A DNA stretch of 64,000 bases from Chiloscyllium plagiosum. Lineage: Eukaryota. Positions 25,545-38,270 of the stretch are shown one piece after another. How positions within the stretch are numbered: the first letter of the stretch is position 1; each line of letters begins with the position of its first letter. Location: positions 43,098,395 to 43,162,394 of the forward strand of contig NC_057718.1 in the NCBI RefSeq assembly GCF_004010195.1. Direction: 5' to 3'. Below the pieces are notes generated by a model. The model did not search any database, was not told the origin of the DNA, and saw nothing but the letters and a program-made list of their open reading frames with translations. The position numbers and the translations under genes were made by a program.

Positions 25545-27709
25545 ATTAATGGGGATTATTGCTCATTATCAGCCTTGTTACTGCCTAATCTCACATCATT
25601 AATATGCACCCACCAGATAGAAGCGAGATGCCAAGAATACCCAGCATAAAAGTCAGAACGGGTGCCTGGAGATTGCATTCACTGCTTGCTCCTCCTGACC
25701 TGAGTATTGGACATCCCAGAAACAACATCCCAGGGAACGTTGCAGTGGCTACATGTACTCCACATCCATGGACAAATGCCAGCCCCTCCACATCATCGAG
25801 GTACATTTCCGATCCATTTACAATATTCTTCTGCACTTTAAAGATGTACTTTGCAGTGCACTGGCCCTGCTCATTGGAATGCTGCTGCAGGAACAGGCAA
25901 CACCCAGCTCACAGATTGGACCAGGCTGTATCTCAGGGCTGCTTGCTCCACCTCCTAGCGTTCATTCACTTCATGCCTACCTGGATGCTGGCAGCATCCC
26001 TGCATTGCCCTGCTTTGTCTTACCTTGTAGCACTTGGCCTCTCACTTAAAAGGCTCACAGTACTGCTGTCTCACATGGCTGGGGGTGGATGGGATCGTAA
26101 AGTGGTCAGATAAATGGGCTGAATGAGGACTTGAGGAAGTACAAAGACTGTGGGTTGATGGGGAGGGCTACGAGGAAAGGAATGTTTACATTTGAAGGTT
26201 CACCAAGGCAGAGTCCAAGCCTGAGACTCAATTTTTAAGGTTGTCCGCTGTTGCTTTCCATCATGCTGTAAAGAACATGTGCGTAATAGAGATGAACATG
26301 CAGTCACCACAGCCAGAGTGGGCAGGATAAGTGCTTTGTTCTGTGAGGGAGGAGGCTTTGAATTTTGAACGATGTGAGGCTCTTCAAAGTGTAACACCAT
26401 TACACGTAGCCAAAATATGGGAAGATTCAGCAATTCCCCCTGTCTCAACACACCGTTCAGAGCTGTATCTTCCATCTGTTGCTGTTTATGCATTGTGATC
26501 ATTTGTAATTACTGCTGCTGGACATTAAATTTTCAAGTGATGCATTTTTTGTTCCAGATGTTCCTATAATTTGAGACTATGTTAGCTTGTTGCTTAATAT
26601 TTTATACAGTATTTGAAATGTGAGTTGATGGAAGTAAGTAATCATCAGACAATATAGCTTTGAGTAAACAATAGTCAATAGTTGTAATAATATATAAGTT
26701 TTGTTGATGGCAGCATGCATATAAAGGGAAATTGATATTTCAAGGAATTGTGAGCAATTAGACGAATAAACAATAAACATTGATTGTATGTAGGTCTGTG
26801 GGTTAGTTAAAATTGGCCTACTTAAGATAGTATACATGGACAGCAGTAGAGAGAAGACTCCTCCATTGACACCAGGAGCAAAAGGAATTGCTGTAGATGC
26901 AGCTTACAGTTTTGCATGACTAAAAATAATGTCCACAATCAATATACTGAAGATAGCTTTCATTACCTCAGACAAAGAAGCAAAGTATCCTGTCTAAGGC
27001 AGTGTTGTTGCTCGGAATTCTGACATTTAAATGCGGTGTTAGCTAGTACTTGCTGAACCAAACTGCAACAGCAAGCATTTTGTTTCTTTTCAGGTACCAT
27101 ACCTAAGGGGGGTGGTTGCGACCATGGATTTGCATTGATTTGGTCAGTGAATATGTTTGACAGAATACTGCACTAGTTCATTGTTGCCTTTGTCTGGATG
27201 ATCGACTGGGAAAATCTCACAGTTCCCAGTTACTGTCAGCATATTGGAAGGATAAATGCTGGTAGTCAACCTGATTGACTGCATTATGAGCACCTGAATT
27301 GAGACCAAGTGTAGGCTCCATCAAGCCTGCTCGGCCAATTAATAACAGCATCATTGATGTAATTGTGGTCTTGAATACACTTTCTGACTTATCCCCGATA
27401 CCTTACAGCTCCTTGTTATTTATCGTCCATGGCCAACAAGTCCTGAAGCGGGAATAAACCCAGAGCTTCTGGCCCAGATGTAGAAATGCTACCACCATCC
27501 CCCTAGTCCTCTTCAGAGCAGGTATTAGGCTAATGAAAATATGTGACTTGGCCATTGGTAGCCCAGTTCAATTGACCTGCATCTTTCAGAGCTTACAGAA
27601 ATATGAATAATGGGAGGATTCTACTTAAGGGATTGGATTTTCAAATGTCGTTGGGGCCTTGATCCAATATAGACATAATTTCAAAATTGCAGTGCCAAAG
27701 GTAATCTCA

Positions 27710-27942
27710 CACAACATCAGCTTATAGACCTATAAGTTTATTTGGAAGCACTAGCTTTTGGAACACTGCTCCTTCAGCAAGTGGCTGTTGAGCAGGATCA
27801 TTAGACACAGAAGTTATAGCAAAAGATTACAGTATCATGCAACTGAAACAACATATTGAACATTGTTCAATTGTTCATTGAAATATTGTTCAATATGATT
27901 TTTAACTTTGTTCACTCCAATCCAACACTGGCACCTCCACAA
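27710..27942 (-). mobile_element. Family B hammerhead-type element with inverted segment
   Basis: ggaagcactagcttttggaacactgctccttcagcaagtgg is a degenerate core on minus. TSD aaaggtaatctca (27697-27709) / aaaggtcatctca (27943-27955). Confidence 0.78.
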
Positions 27943-28477
27943 AAAGGTCATCTCAGGATCCTATGCCCCTTGGATAGTTTCAAATTTTCCAAAGTCTGGC
28001 GGGGGTTTCAATTAATGGCCCACTAAGTTCATTTAAGAGCTTGTTAAATGCAGGATTTTCAAAGGACAAATCGCCAAATCCTAAAGATCTGATGGGAGTT
28101 AATGCCAAGCTGTTGCATTCATTGTAAGATTATCAGAAAATTTCTTGTATTTGTGGACAACTTGTAAAGGTCAAGTGCTGGACCTTTACTTTAAGTGCAT
28201 GACCATTTTCCATCATATCAAAGCTGCTGGCCTGCCTGCTGTTCCAGGCAATGCAGCATCATTCCCCATCATGGATGTTTCCTTTTCCACCAAAGCCAGG
28301 CTGTCAATCCTACCTCTTGATGTGACTAATTGAGCACCGGGATCATCTCTCTTCTAGTTAGGGTATTTACATTTTAAAACAACAGTGTGAAATTTATAAG
28401 CCCATCACATTCTGAATACCACTTCATAAATTTCATTGCAAATTTGTAGACGTCACCCAGGATCTTAGGCTGAAATG

Positions 28478-28661
28478 AGGTGAAATTGGTCTTGCATTGT
28501 AGTCCAGTGCAGGCAACAACAAATTGGCGGCCTGCTTTACATGTCTTCCATTCTCATTTTTCATCAAAATCAATTGAAAAGAATATCAGGTGGGGTATAA
28601 AATCAGCTGATAATTCACTATTATCCATTTTGTGTTAAATGACAAAGGCCAATTTAACCCT
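28478..28661. mobile_element. Probable MITE
   Basis: Imperfect TIRs ggtgaaattggtctt / aaggccaatttaacc. Confidence 0.45.
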
Positions 28662-31435
28662 CTAGGACTCTTTGACAATGTAGTTCTGTAATTCATTGCA
28701 GGAAAAACAGAATAATGTTTTTTTTTGAAAATTCATTTTGTATTGATATTCATCTGGTTATGTTTTGAATTGTGCAAAAAATAGCGTCAAATTAATGAGT
28801 TACCTATCCTTAAAGTAAGGTATTACTGGTTATTAGATTAGCTACAAAAAAATTGTGGCATTCCCCTAACATTTCCCTCACCACCACACATCACATGGGC
28901 AATACCGATAATTTATCTATGAAAAAATGAAAAGGTAACTATGAGCCCTTTTCCCACTGTGGATAAATGAGGTATTTAGCTCATGTTAAAAATCTACTCT
29001 CACGCCATCAGCTATTGAATGCATTTAATATATTATGAAAGGAGTTCTCATACAAGAACAAAGTCCTTAGTGCTGGGAGAGTGCAAAGTGCACTAACTAG
29101 AGAAACACGAAACCAGAGAGAAATTTACTTTCAGCAGAAAGGCAATAGTGATGGTTTTTGGTGTAACTTAAGACCCTGACTGGAAGGAAATGTGGAATAG
29201 AGAAGAGAACAGTTACAATCGCAATGATAAAGACTAAAGAATGGATTGTGGAGCAGAAGAACCTAAAACTAGTTCAGGAGAAATGACTGAAAAAAATGTA
29301 GTTCCAAAGATATTTCAAAATTTCCTTATCCTTTAATGATCTTATATTCCAACATAATTGCTGAATGTATGTAAATTATCTTGTGGGACAGTTTAACTTT
29401 CACTATATTTCCTGTTTAAGAGCAATGCTAAAAATATAGTTTAATAACTGGGTAATGAAATAAATAGTGCACCATGTATGCTTACAACATTAATTTTTCT
29501 TTATTTTGTTTGCTAAGGAGTGCACAACCAAAACCAGACCAGCGTTTGTACCAAGCATCCCCATGTCATGATTAAATGATCAGACAAAAGTTGAAGGCAC
29601 CTCTGTTTTGTAGATAGCTTTCAGAAACAATATTCCCTTTAAGCTGCATGGCATGTAGCAACCCACAAATCCCCATGTAGTCATACACATGGTCTCTTTA
29701 AATTTAATATATGTATGGTGGCACAAAAATGTTTAACACCTTTTGAGAAACTGCCCAGGCGTGCAAACACAAACATAAGTTACTCAGAATAACATGTTTC
29801 CCTATAGCAATGTACATTTTTTCAAAGCAAGCATTAGCAGTGATCTTTGTGACTTCTAAATATCCTATTTTAATCAATAAGTGGAATAAGAGACAACTTA
29901 TAGGTCCCTTTTTGTACAGTGGACTCACAACCTAATAGCTGAGTTGAAACTGCTTAAATCTATTCTTTGCCAAATATTGTGAGCAGAGGGAGAAGATTTT
30001 CATCTCATCAGTCTCAGCTACATCAGTCTCAACCCAAAGAAGTAAAGATAGTGTGATATTCATTTGAACGTTTCAGATGTTTTTGGTCAGATTGCACTCC
30101 TTTATTCAACAGGCATCTTTTCCTCATAGACTCTGTAGGACTTTGATTCATTAAAAACTCTGTTACCGCACATGAATGCATGCCTCAATATGCCATAGCA
30201 AGTGCTATAGTGTGCACGCAGTGGGAGCATCAGTCCTCAAAATAAATCAGGTTCTCCTCATGTAAACACCATGACAGCCTTTAGGCATTTTAACAGAGTA
30301 AAACACTGCAACTCTTAAGTTATTCAGAATGAATGATTTGAATTGGAACTGAGTTCCATGTAAACTGAAGTTAAGAGGCTTATTTCCCAAGCTGTTCTTT
30401 ATTAGCTGAAATTATTGTCCACCAATTGTGCACATTACAGCTACACAGCATGCTGCTGCCACAGAAATTCTAAACAGGAAAAAATGTAGAAGCAACTGAA
30501 GTAGCAGGGCATAGAGTTCAAATGTAAAAAAAATATTGCCGACACAGTTTTACTATACCTCCTGCAAAATTGAGGCATTTGTTCAGGTACCCAATTATAG
30601 TAATGTGGTATGCAGTACCTTGGTAGGTGTTTCTATACCAAGCCAGAAGAAACAATTGTAATCCTTTAAATGCACTTAAGAAATTGATGTTACAGCCTCA
30701 CAATCTGTTGCAGGACTTGCTTCCTGGCTGATTGCAAGCATTTCTATCTTAATTGGATCACTGGAATGTGATCTGTATTTTGGTTTTAAGATTATGTAAG
30801 ACTGTGACTTTGTTGTGACAGCCTAAAACAGATGCTGAATTGATGGATATTCTGACCCTTAATGTAGATAAGTGGTATTTGCAAATCTATCCACATAGAT
30901 CCTTGGAAAAACTGCATTAAAAAAGACAGTGTCCATCTTGTGCAGGAAGTTTAACTTAATTTTCATTTCTTTAATTTAATACCATAGCTATACAGAACTG
31001 CCATAGATAGCCCCAACAGTTTTTGAGATGAATTGTTTATTAATCCATTTTTAAATTGTACTGAAAGTGGATTTATAGCAATGACATATTTATGGTATTG
31101 CGTGTGGTATTTTGTTAAGTCATATTGATTTGTAAGTCATCGAACCCTAAAGGACAACATATTTCCTGTTGTTATTTAATATAACCCCATAACCAAAACT
31201 AGTCATAAAGTATGTGACTGTTGCTCCAGTTAACTTTGATTCACGCTCCTAGCTGAGATTGAATTTTCAGAGTCTAGTGGGGGTGGGGAGTGGGGTGGTG
31301 GGTGGGAGTGTAGGTATGAAGGCTGAAGAGCTCAGGATTTTATGCTGCCAGCCAATGTACCAGTTTCCTCTAATCATCCCAATCTGGACCTAATCTTCCT
31401 GGATGGAGATGGAATAGGAGCTGGAAGGGGTTGTT

Positions 31436-31782
31436 GAGCAGCACAATGGCGCAGAGGTTAGCACTTCTGCCTCTCAGCACCAGCGACCCAGGTTTGGTTC
31501 CAGCTTTGGGTAGCTGTCCATGTGGAGTTTGCACGTTTTCCCTATGTCTGCATGGGTTCTCTCTCGGTGCTCTGGTTTCCTCCCACAGTTCTCATATGTG
31601 GGAGATTAGGTGGATTGACCATGCTAAATTGCCAATAGTGTTCAGGGATGTGCAGGCTTTGTGGATTATCCAGAGTAAATGAGATTGATTGGGGGGGGGC
31701 AGAGTCTGGAGGGATGCTTTTTGGAGGGTCAGTACAGACTCAGTGGCCCAAATGGCCTCTTTCTGCACTGTAGAGATTCTGT
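31436..31782 (+). mobile_element. HE1-type V-SINE
   Basis: Head, V-domain (tgtggagtttgcacgttttcc...ggtttcctcccacag) and tail gcactgtagagattct. Confidence 0.9.
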
Positions 31783-31883
31783 AGTTGTGCAGCACAATTG
31801 GCTAATTTAAAGGAGATGATTCAGTTGGGGCCTATTAAGGCTCATATCTGCATTTCTAATTTGCTTCCAAGGCCATTAGTCAT

Positions 31884-32005
31884 TTTGATAATGAGTCACC
31901 GGACTCGAAACATTAACTTTGCTTTCTCCCTGAGAGGCTGCCGAAACTGTTGAGTTTTGCCAGCAACTTCTGTGTTTGTTTCAGATCTCCAGCATCCAAA
32001 GTTTT
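31884..32005 (+). mobile_element. Family C hammerhead-type repeat (degenerate)
   Basis: TTGATAAT-GAGTC-ACCG-GACTC-GAAACATTA, then ...tttcagatctccagcatcc. Confidence 0.7.
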
Positions 32006-32486
32006 ATCATCAGTTGGCAGCATGGGGCCTCACAGTGGAAGACTGGGTTGGGATTTGGAAAAAATATTCGAGGCAAGCTTAGAGGCCTACCTGGCCTTGC
32101 CTGCTTCATTTGCAGCTGTAGGCTGCCTTGTGCAGGAGCTTTCCCTCCAGAACAGTGTCCCAGGTTTCTTGTCAACATTTTGCATTCGAGAAAGTTAGAG
32201 GGGGTACCTCAAAATGGAGGCACTGTGTCTCACTCACCAGTGCTGCAAGTTGTTGCTTCTTCTGATTTCCTCTGAGATTGAGAGCCTTCTATTGCTCCTT
32301 GATATTCGAGAGCCAAAAGACCGAATAGCCTGCTCCTGCTCCTATTTTATGTGATTTTTTTTTCAATCCGACACCCATTTCTCAATGTTCTCAAGCCTGT
32401 GGGGGATAATCTTGCTCCCAGGTTTATTTTAACAGGAGCATTTTTGAATTGACAGCTGCTCTAGACTCTTAAGCCAGAATGTTCTA

Positions 32487-32703
32487 CAATCAGTTCTGCT
32501 ATAACGTGTTTCTTCAACACAAAATGGCTTTAATGCAATTGAAGAATTTAGATATTATTTGTAGAAGGCGGACTTTCCTAACCTGTGTTGGCCTGAACGT
32601 GATTCTGGTCCCACTGATTTAAATGGCACGGCTATTGCGCGATTTTCTTATAAAGTGAGATTGCATGTGAATGGAACTACAAGCCTTTTATCTGAACTGA
32701 CTG
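32487..32703. mobile_element. Tc1/mariner (Tigger/pogo-type) MITE
   Basis: TA dinucleotide on both sides (32485-86, 32704-05). TIRs CAATCAGTTCTGCTATAA / TTTTATCTGAACTGACTG. Confidence 0.75.
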
Positions 32704-33858
32704 TATTTGCTACCTGGGTTGTAATTTTGAAGAGCTAGAGGAAATTTCATATCATGGATGTAAATGCACTGTCTTAATAATAAGCTTGATTACTGACACG
32801 TTTCGTGATGCCAGGGAGGGTTTTAAACTTAGGTAAGAAAATGCCCGATTCTGGGTATCCCACTCCTGAACCCTGCACCCACCATGTGCGTTGGCGTAAA
32901 ACGCTATGGATTGTACTTTGCATATCCGTGTTGCATGAAGACAGCTAGATATAGCTGCCTTCAAGCAGTCAATTTTCATAATTGGGATATCCAACACATG
33001 TATTGTGGGCGTTATATCTTTCAGGAGAAGAACAAATGATGCCAGAGTTCTTTGGGAGGGTATCCTTCTGAAGAGATAAATGTTCCCTTTTAGATGGGCC
33101 CTGTGCAATATTATCACTCTGAATAGGTCCAGGGATACTTTTGAGAGAGATTCAGCACCATGTGGGAGAGGTAAAACACCCTTTAGAATTGTTGAAGACA
33201 GTCATGAATATGTATAAAAGAGAAAGGATGAACTTGTTGGAACATTCAAATTGATTGGAACTGACATGTTGTTTAGGGGACGTCAAGCCATCAAAGGAGC
33301 TGTCACAATATTAAGTTAACTGTCAAGTTAAATCTCCTCATCTTTAAATTGTTTACACAACTGTTGTGTATTAACCAAAAAGTATTTGCTATTTAATTGA
33401 TTGTCATTATGAACTTTGTGCTGATTCCAAAACCCATCCTTATCACGATGGGGCATCTGTCACTTAACAATTGGATTGGCAGCTCTGAACACTTAAAAAA
33501 ATTCTTAGAAGTGGGGCTATAAATAAAAATGATTATTGGTTGACCCTTCGTACTAAATGTCCAGAATTTCTCCTCTGGGGTCAGGAAATGTAGATATGAG
33601 CCTTAATAGGCCCCAACTGAATCATCTCCTTTAAATTAGCCAATTGTGCTGCACAACTACAGAATCTCTCCTCAGTTCTGTCTTAAATTATTATTTGTGG
33701 AAGGCATTAAGTAATTAGAGAATTTTGTTTTCACTGCCAGCCAGAATGAATTTTTAAAAATATTATCGATTAATTAATAGTTAATTAACTATCTATTTGA
33801 GTGGAGATTTCTCCTTCCTGTAATGTGAGCAATGGCAAGAATAGTGAGAAAATATTTT

Positions 33859-34105
33859 CATAGAGTCATAGAGTTTTATAGTGTGGAAAGAGGACCTTCA
33901 GTCCATTGTGTGTATGCTGGTCATCAAGCATCTATCTACTCTAGTCCCATGTGTCAGCACTTGGCCTGTAATCTGGAGGCTCTGGCACTTTAAGTTTTCA
34001 TCTAAATACTTCATAAATGTTGTGACGCTTCCTATCTCTACCACCCCTTCGTGCAGTGGGTTCACCATACCCATCATCCTTTTGGTGAAATAAATTCTGT
34101 CTTAA
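33859..34105 (-). mobile_element. Old CR1 LINE 3' fragment
   Basis: catagagtcatagag tail plus a diverged match to the CR1 3' end. Confidence 0.7.
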
Positions 34106-34541
34106 ATCCTTTACGTCTACATTAAATATATGCTTGGTTGGTTATGATGAGAATGAAAAAAATAATTGGAATCTCAATTTTGAGAAAATGTTTTGTGATT
34201 TCTTTTTACGTCTCAAACCTTAAATAATGACTTTAGATTCTCACCATTGAGTGGTGACAATCTTATTTCTTTGTATGTACATCTCATTGAAATAACAATG
34301 AGATTTATACTCCATTTATGCTCCTTATTTATACTCCATTTCTAACTCTCCTTTCCTGAGAAACTAGATGCTGCAAATTCATGTTAGTCTGAATACCTAG
34401 TGGCTGCAGCTCACCAAATGCTTGCCCTGGCCAATCTTGAACTACATCTTCTGCACAATCCCCCTGCCTGCTCCATCCTACCCAACTTTTAATCTACGCA
34501 ATTTGCCATAGTCAATCTACTAGCCTCACCATTTCATCATG

Positions 34542-34702
34542 GAGGAGACAGTGAGGTCTACAGATGCTGGAGATCAGAGTTGAGAGTGTGTTGGTGGAAA
34601 AGCACAGCAGGTCAGCCAGCATCCGAGGAGCAGGACAATCAATGTTTCGGGCCGGAGCCCTTCATCCTGAGGTGCTGTGCTTTTCCACCAACATACTCTC
34701 AA
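34542..34702 (-). mobile_element. Family A hammerhead-type fold-back element
   Basis: Perfect 17-bp TSD ctcaccatttcatcatg (34525-34541 / 34703-34719). 34673-34702 is an inverted copy of ~34580-34609. Minus strand reads GATGAAGGGC-TCCG-GCCC-GAAACATTG. Confidence 0.88.
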
Positions 34703-34892
34703 CTCACCATTTCATCATGTCTGTTCTCAGACCAAATCACACATTGCTTCTCCTCTTCAATACTCTGTCATTCAGGAACATCCATAACGGGCACATCTTT
34801 TGCCAGATCACTTTGTGTGCAGGGACACATACACATCTGACAGGTCTAAAATGTCCTGACCCCAGAGCAGAAAATCTGGACATTTAGTACAA

Positions 34893-35162
34893 AGGGTTAA
34901 CCATTTAAGACAGAACTGAGGAAGAATTCCTTTTCTCAAAGCAATTAGCCTTTGGCATTCTCTACCCCAGAGAGTTTGAATAGCTGAATATTTTCAAGAC
35001 TGAATTAGATAGATTCTTGAACTAAAGAGTAGTCAAATTTATGGGAAACATGCAGGAAAGTGGAAGTAAGGCCAAAATCAGAGCAACGCTAATCTTCACC
35101 ATTGAATGGTGAAGCAGTCTTCGGGGTGATATGGTCCACTGTTGATACAATTTCTTGTTCTT
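34893..35162 (+). mobile_element. Old CR1 LINE 3' fragment (different subfamily)
   Basis: ccatttaagacagaactgaggaagaattccttttctcaaag...tagatagattcttg...attgaatggtgaagcag. Confidence 0.65.
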
Positions 35163-36365
35163 AATATAAACTGTGTAATCGTTATCAATTTTCTTTCTCT
35201 TATAGTATGTACAGTCTTTTCAAAAAATTGATATGACTTGTCTCTTTTGCCCTTGAAATTAGCGCCTGTGATAATGATTTGAAAAAAATAATACAGGGAA
35301 CCAGTTGGTGAAGGTTGATTGAGCTTCCACAATACCAGGCTTGCTGTATGTATTGTGAACCAGCACCAAGGGCAATGTGCTTTTAGTCACATGGGATTGC
35401 AAGTTGTGTTTAAGGACAGCTTCAATTGTGTCCAAATGATGAATGTGGGGTTTATTTACTACCCGTCCCTCATTCTACCTCAGGTGTAGCTGAAACATAT
35501 GTAAGACAAAGAGTATAGTCACAGCATTATCATGAGGTAAAAACAGAAGAAGAAAGGAACTAGTTATCAGGATAATCATCCAATGATATGATTTAGTGTT
35601 ATTTGTTCTAAGCCTGATAAATAGGAAAGGCTGTTTCTGCTAGATGTTGCAAAATGTTTCCACCAAATACTAATAAATTACAAGCTGTGTAAAGCATAGT
35701 GTCAGGTCAGTGGCAGTGCACATGTTGGATAGTTGTGATATTTGTGTGGTATTTTAATCCTCAACATATGAATTAATATTCCTGCCTTGGTGTCTGAAGG
35801 TTTTATCTTTAAGGCTTTAGACCACCCTTTCTTCTTAATGGGTTCTCGTTATGGCAAATGTGATAACAGGACAGGGGAAATGAGTTGCTCTTGAGTTTTA
35901 AAAATCATCTCACCTTTTTCTTTATAGAAGAAGTACAAGCACTTGATTGTATTGCTGGAATAATCACCTCTTTGATCACTTACGTAAATATATATATATA
36001 TATTTTCTGTTTAAGATCTTGTAACTTTACTTATTATATAAAATATATAATAAAAGTTTTGGTGTTCTTCCTGAGCTTGCATTTAGATTATAGTAGAATT
36101 CATGTTTTTTTTAAAATCTAGTCACTTTGCACATTTTTTCGTTTTTCCACTCTGAAGTTCTAAAGCACTATTGTGTAGAAATGTGCTGGGGTTTTCATTG
36201 ATTAATCATAGTTTAATAATTTTCAACCAATTGAATGATCTTTAATCATTTAATTTACCTGTCATTAAGTCAGCGAGTGGCCATTTGATCCAGCTGTTTA
36301 AATGCTCTTATTTTAAAAGGGACACTACATTATGATAAAATCAGCACCATATTTCCATTGAACAT

Positions 36366-36672
36366 TCTGGCTGAGACTTTAAATTGTGGCCACATTTCCC
36401 TGTTCAGGTGGCTGTAGGTCCCATGACACTTTTTTGAAGAGCAAGGGAGTTCTCCCCAGTGCCTTGGACAATGCTTATCACTCAATCATTGTCACAAAAG
36501 CAGATTATCTGAGCACTATCACATTTTTGTTTGAAGGAATTTGCTGTACACATCTTGGCTGCTGTGTTTCCAAAATTACAACACTGACTGTACTTTAGAA
36601 ATACTTTGTTGGCTGGAAAGCAGTTTAAGATGCTGTGTTCATGTAAAACACTCTATGTAAATGCAAACTTTA
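36366..36672 (+). mobile_element. Deu-domain SINE fragment
   Basis: Homologous to 20640-20960. Confidence 0.75.
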
Positions 36673-36684
36673 TTTATCTATCCA

Positions 36685-36866
36685 CTTTTTTCCTCTTTCT
36701 TTCTCTGTTCCCTTTTCTCTATCACCGTCTTTCTCTATATCTCCCTCTCTTTTACCCTTTTTCTCTCTACATACCTTTCTTTCTTGCTTTCTTTCTTGTT
36801 TCTTTCTTGCTTGTTTTCCTTTTTCTCTTTCTTTTACTCTTTCTTCTGTTTTTCCTTTTCCTTTTT
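36685..36866. repeat. Polypyrimidine (CT/TTTC-rich) low-complexity tract
   Basis: Read directly; it follows the SINE tail. Confidence 0.85.
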
Positions 36867-37332
36867 AATCTATGTTTTCAGTAAGTAAGCTGTTAAAGCT
36901 GCAAAATAAAAGCCAGTTGCTGCAGTTGGTCTTTCTAAAAGGTGGAGTGATTGACCATGTTTCATACACTCTGCAGTGCCATTTGTTCTATATATTGGAA
37001 ACTGTTCCATGTGATCAACTTAAAATAACTAAGATAAAAATGATCATTCTAATGCAGGAGAAGAAATTATGTTTTCTTGAAACACGACAATTCTCAAAAA
37101 CATTCTGCAAAATGAATACATCTGGAAAAATGTAAATTTACTTTTCAAGGTATATAGAAATAAAGTGCTGATCTTGACAACTTATACATTGACAATTACT
37201 AACCTCAGTAAGTGAATTTTGTGTTGAAAAATTACTGGAGTGAGTGATACCAACTACATTAATAATCCCAAATACCTGGGATTTAAAGAAAAAATGTTTT
37301 GACTCTTTAGTTTAAAAAGGTATATAGAATTT

Positions 37333-38270
37333 TTGACATTTAAATAATTATTTTGCTGGTTTTATCATCTAGCTGTAGCTGTGTTTTGAGAGTAATGGTA
37401 TATAATCACTCACAATTTGTTTAATGAATTCAGAAACACAGTATTTTGTTTGGATTAAGAATTACGGCACATTTATGTATTATTTATGCATTTAATGACT
37501 AAATACATTATTATAATTATATGCTTTATGCCTGCTCTCTCAGTAAGTGGAAATAAAGAAAAACATTATGTAGGTTTGGTTGCAGACAAACCTATGAAAT
37601 GGGCTTGCAGTTATACAAGGAGCAGAAGTCAAAATCTTTTGTCTTTAATACATTGTGGGAGCTTAGTTAGAGAGCTGCAGTAGATTTACTAAACTGAAGT
37701 GATTCAAAGAGAATGACTTAAAGGTAATTTATAAATATGTTTGTTTGGTGCAAGCTCTCTTCTTGTATTTGTAAATACTACTTTCAATGCCACTCAAACT
37801 AGACCAACCCAATGCCAATTCTCACCTGGCATAATAGTTTCTGTTTTGCCGGTGCCTTGTCAAATTTGATTCAACAACACAAGGGTTTTAGATTAGCTGA
37901 GATGTTAGCATGCTGGCCTTCCTGTGCTGCCACCGATAGTTGTAGATCTGCTGACCCACTTGACGCGCAAATTGATGATTATGCTGAAAGAATAAGAAAT
38001 TGCAAGCGGCAGTCACCTTTATTCATTCAGGCTCGTCCATTTAAAAACAAGGAGAATTCCCTTCTCCTCTTGCTGCCTTGCTGCTAGTTCTGTTGTGTTG
38101 CTGCCAGCTTCCTGCCGTGTGATTACGGCCTGGCTATATTGGGTAGTTCCTGCAAATTTTGACTCAAATGGCTTTGCAAACATGCCACAAATTTCAATAA
38201 CTGGCACCACTGTTTCCAAAGACAGATATTGACATTTAAATAATTATTTTGCTGGTTTTATCATCTAGCT
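37333..38270. repeat. Perfect 42-bp direct repeat (37333-37374 / 38229-38270)
   Basis: ttgacatttaaataattattttgctggttttatcatctagct occurs twice, 896 bp apart. Confidence 0.95.

Larger units (their letters stand above)
31772..33669. repeat. 85-bp near-perfect inverted repeat (31772-31856 / 33585-33669)
   Basis: 84/85 identity by hand alignment, with a ~1.73 kb spacer. Confidence 0.95.

Noticed and set aside
24730..25546. Repetitive ORFs and a CRISPR-like periodic pattern
   Set aside because: Units are contiguous tandem copies with no unique spacers and lie inside an HE1 SINE. There are no cas genes and the DNA is eukaryotic.
25604..26113. 169-aa ORF
   Set aside because: No recognisable domain or splice context; composition resembles decayed transposon sequence.
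31279..31306. G-quadruplex-forming G-run cluster
   Set aside because: The motif is present but lies in repeat-like sequence with no evidence of function.
31772..33669. 1.9-kb DNA transposon with 85-bp TIRs
   Set aside because: No TSD at the outer ends, the left arm overlaps a SINE tail, and the interior is a mosaic of unrelated repeats.
36606..36888. Hydrophobic Phe/Leu-rich membrane-like ORFs
   Set aside because: Translation of a polypyrimidine low-complexity tract.
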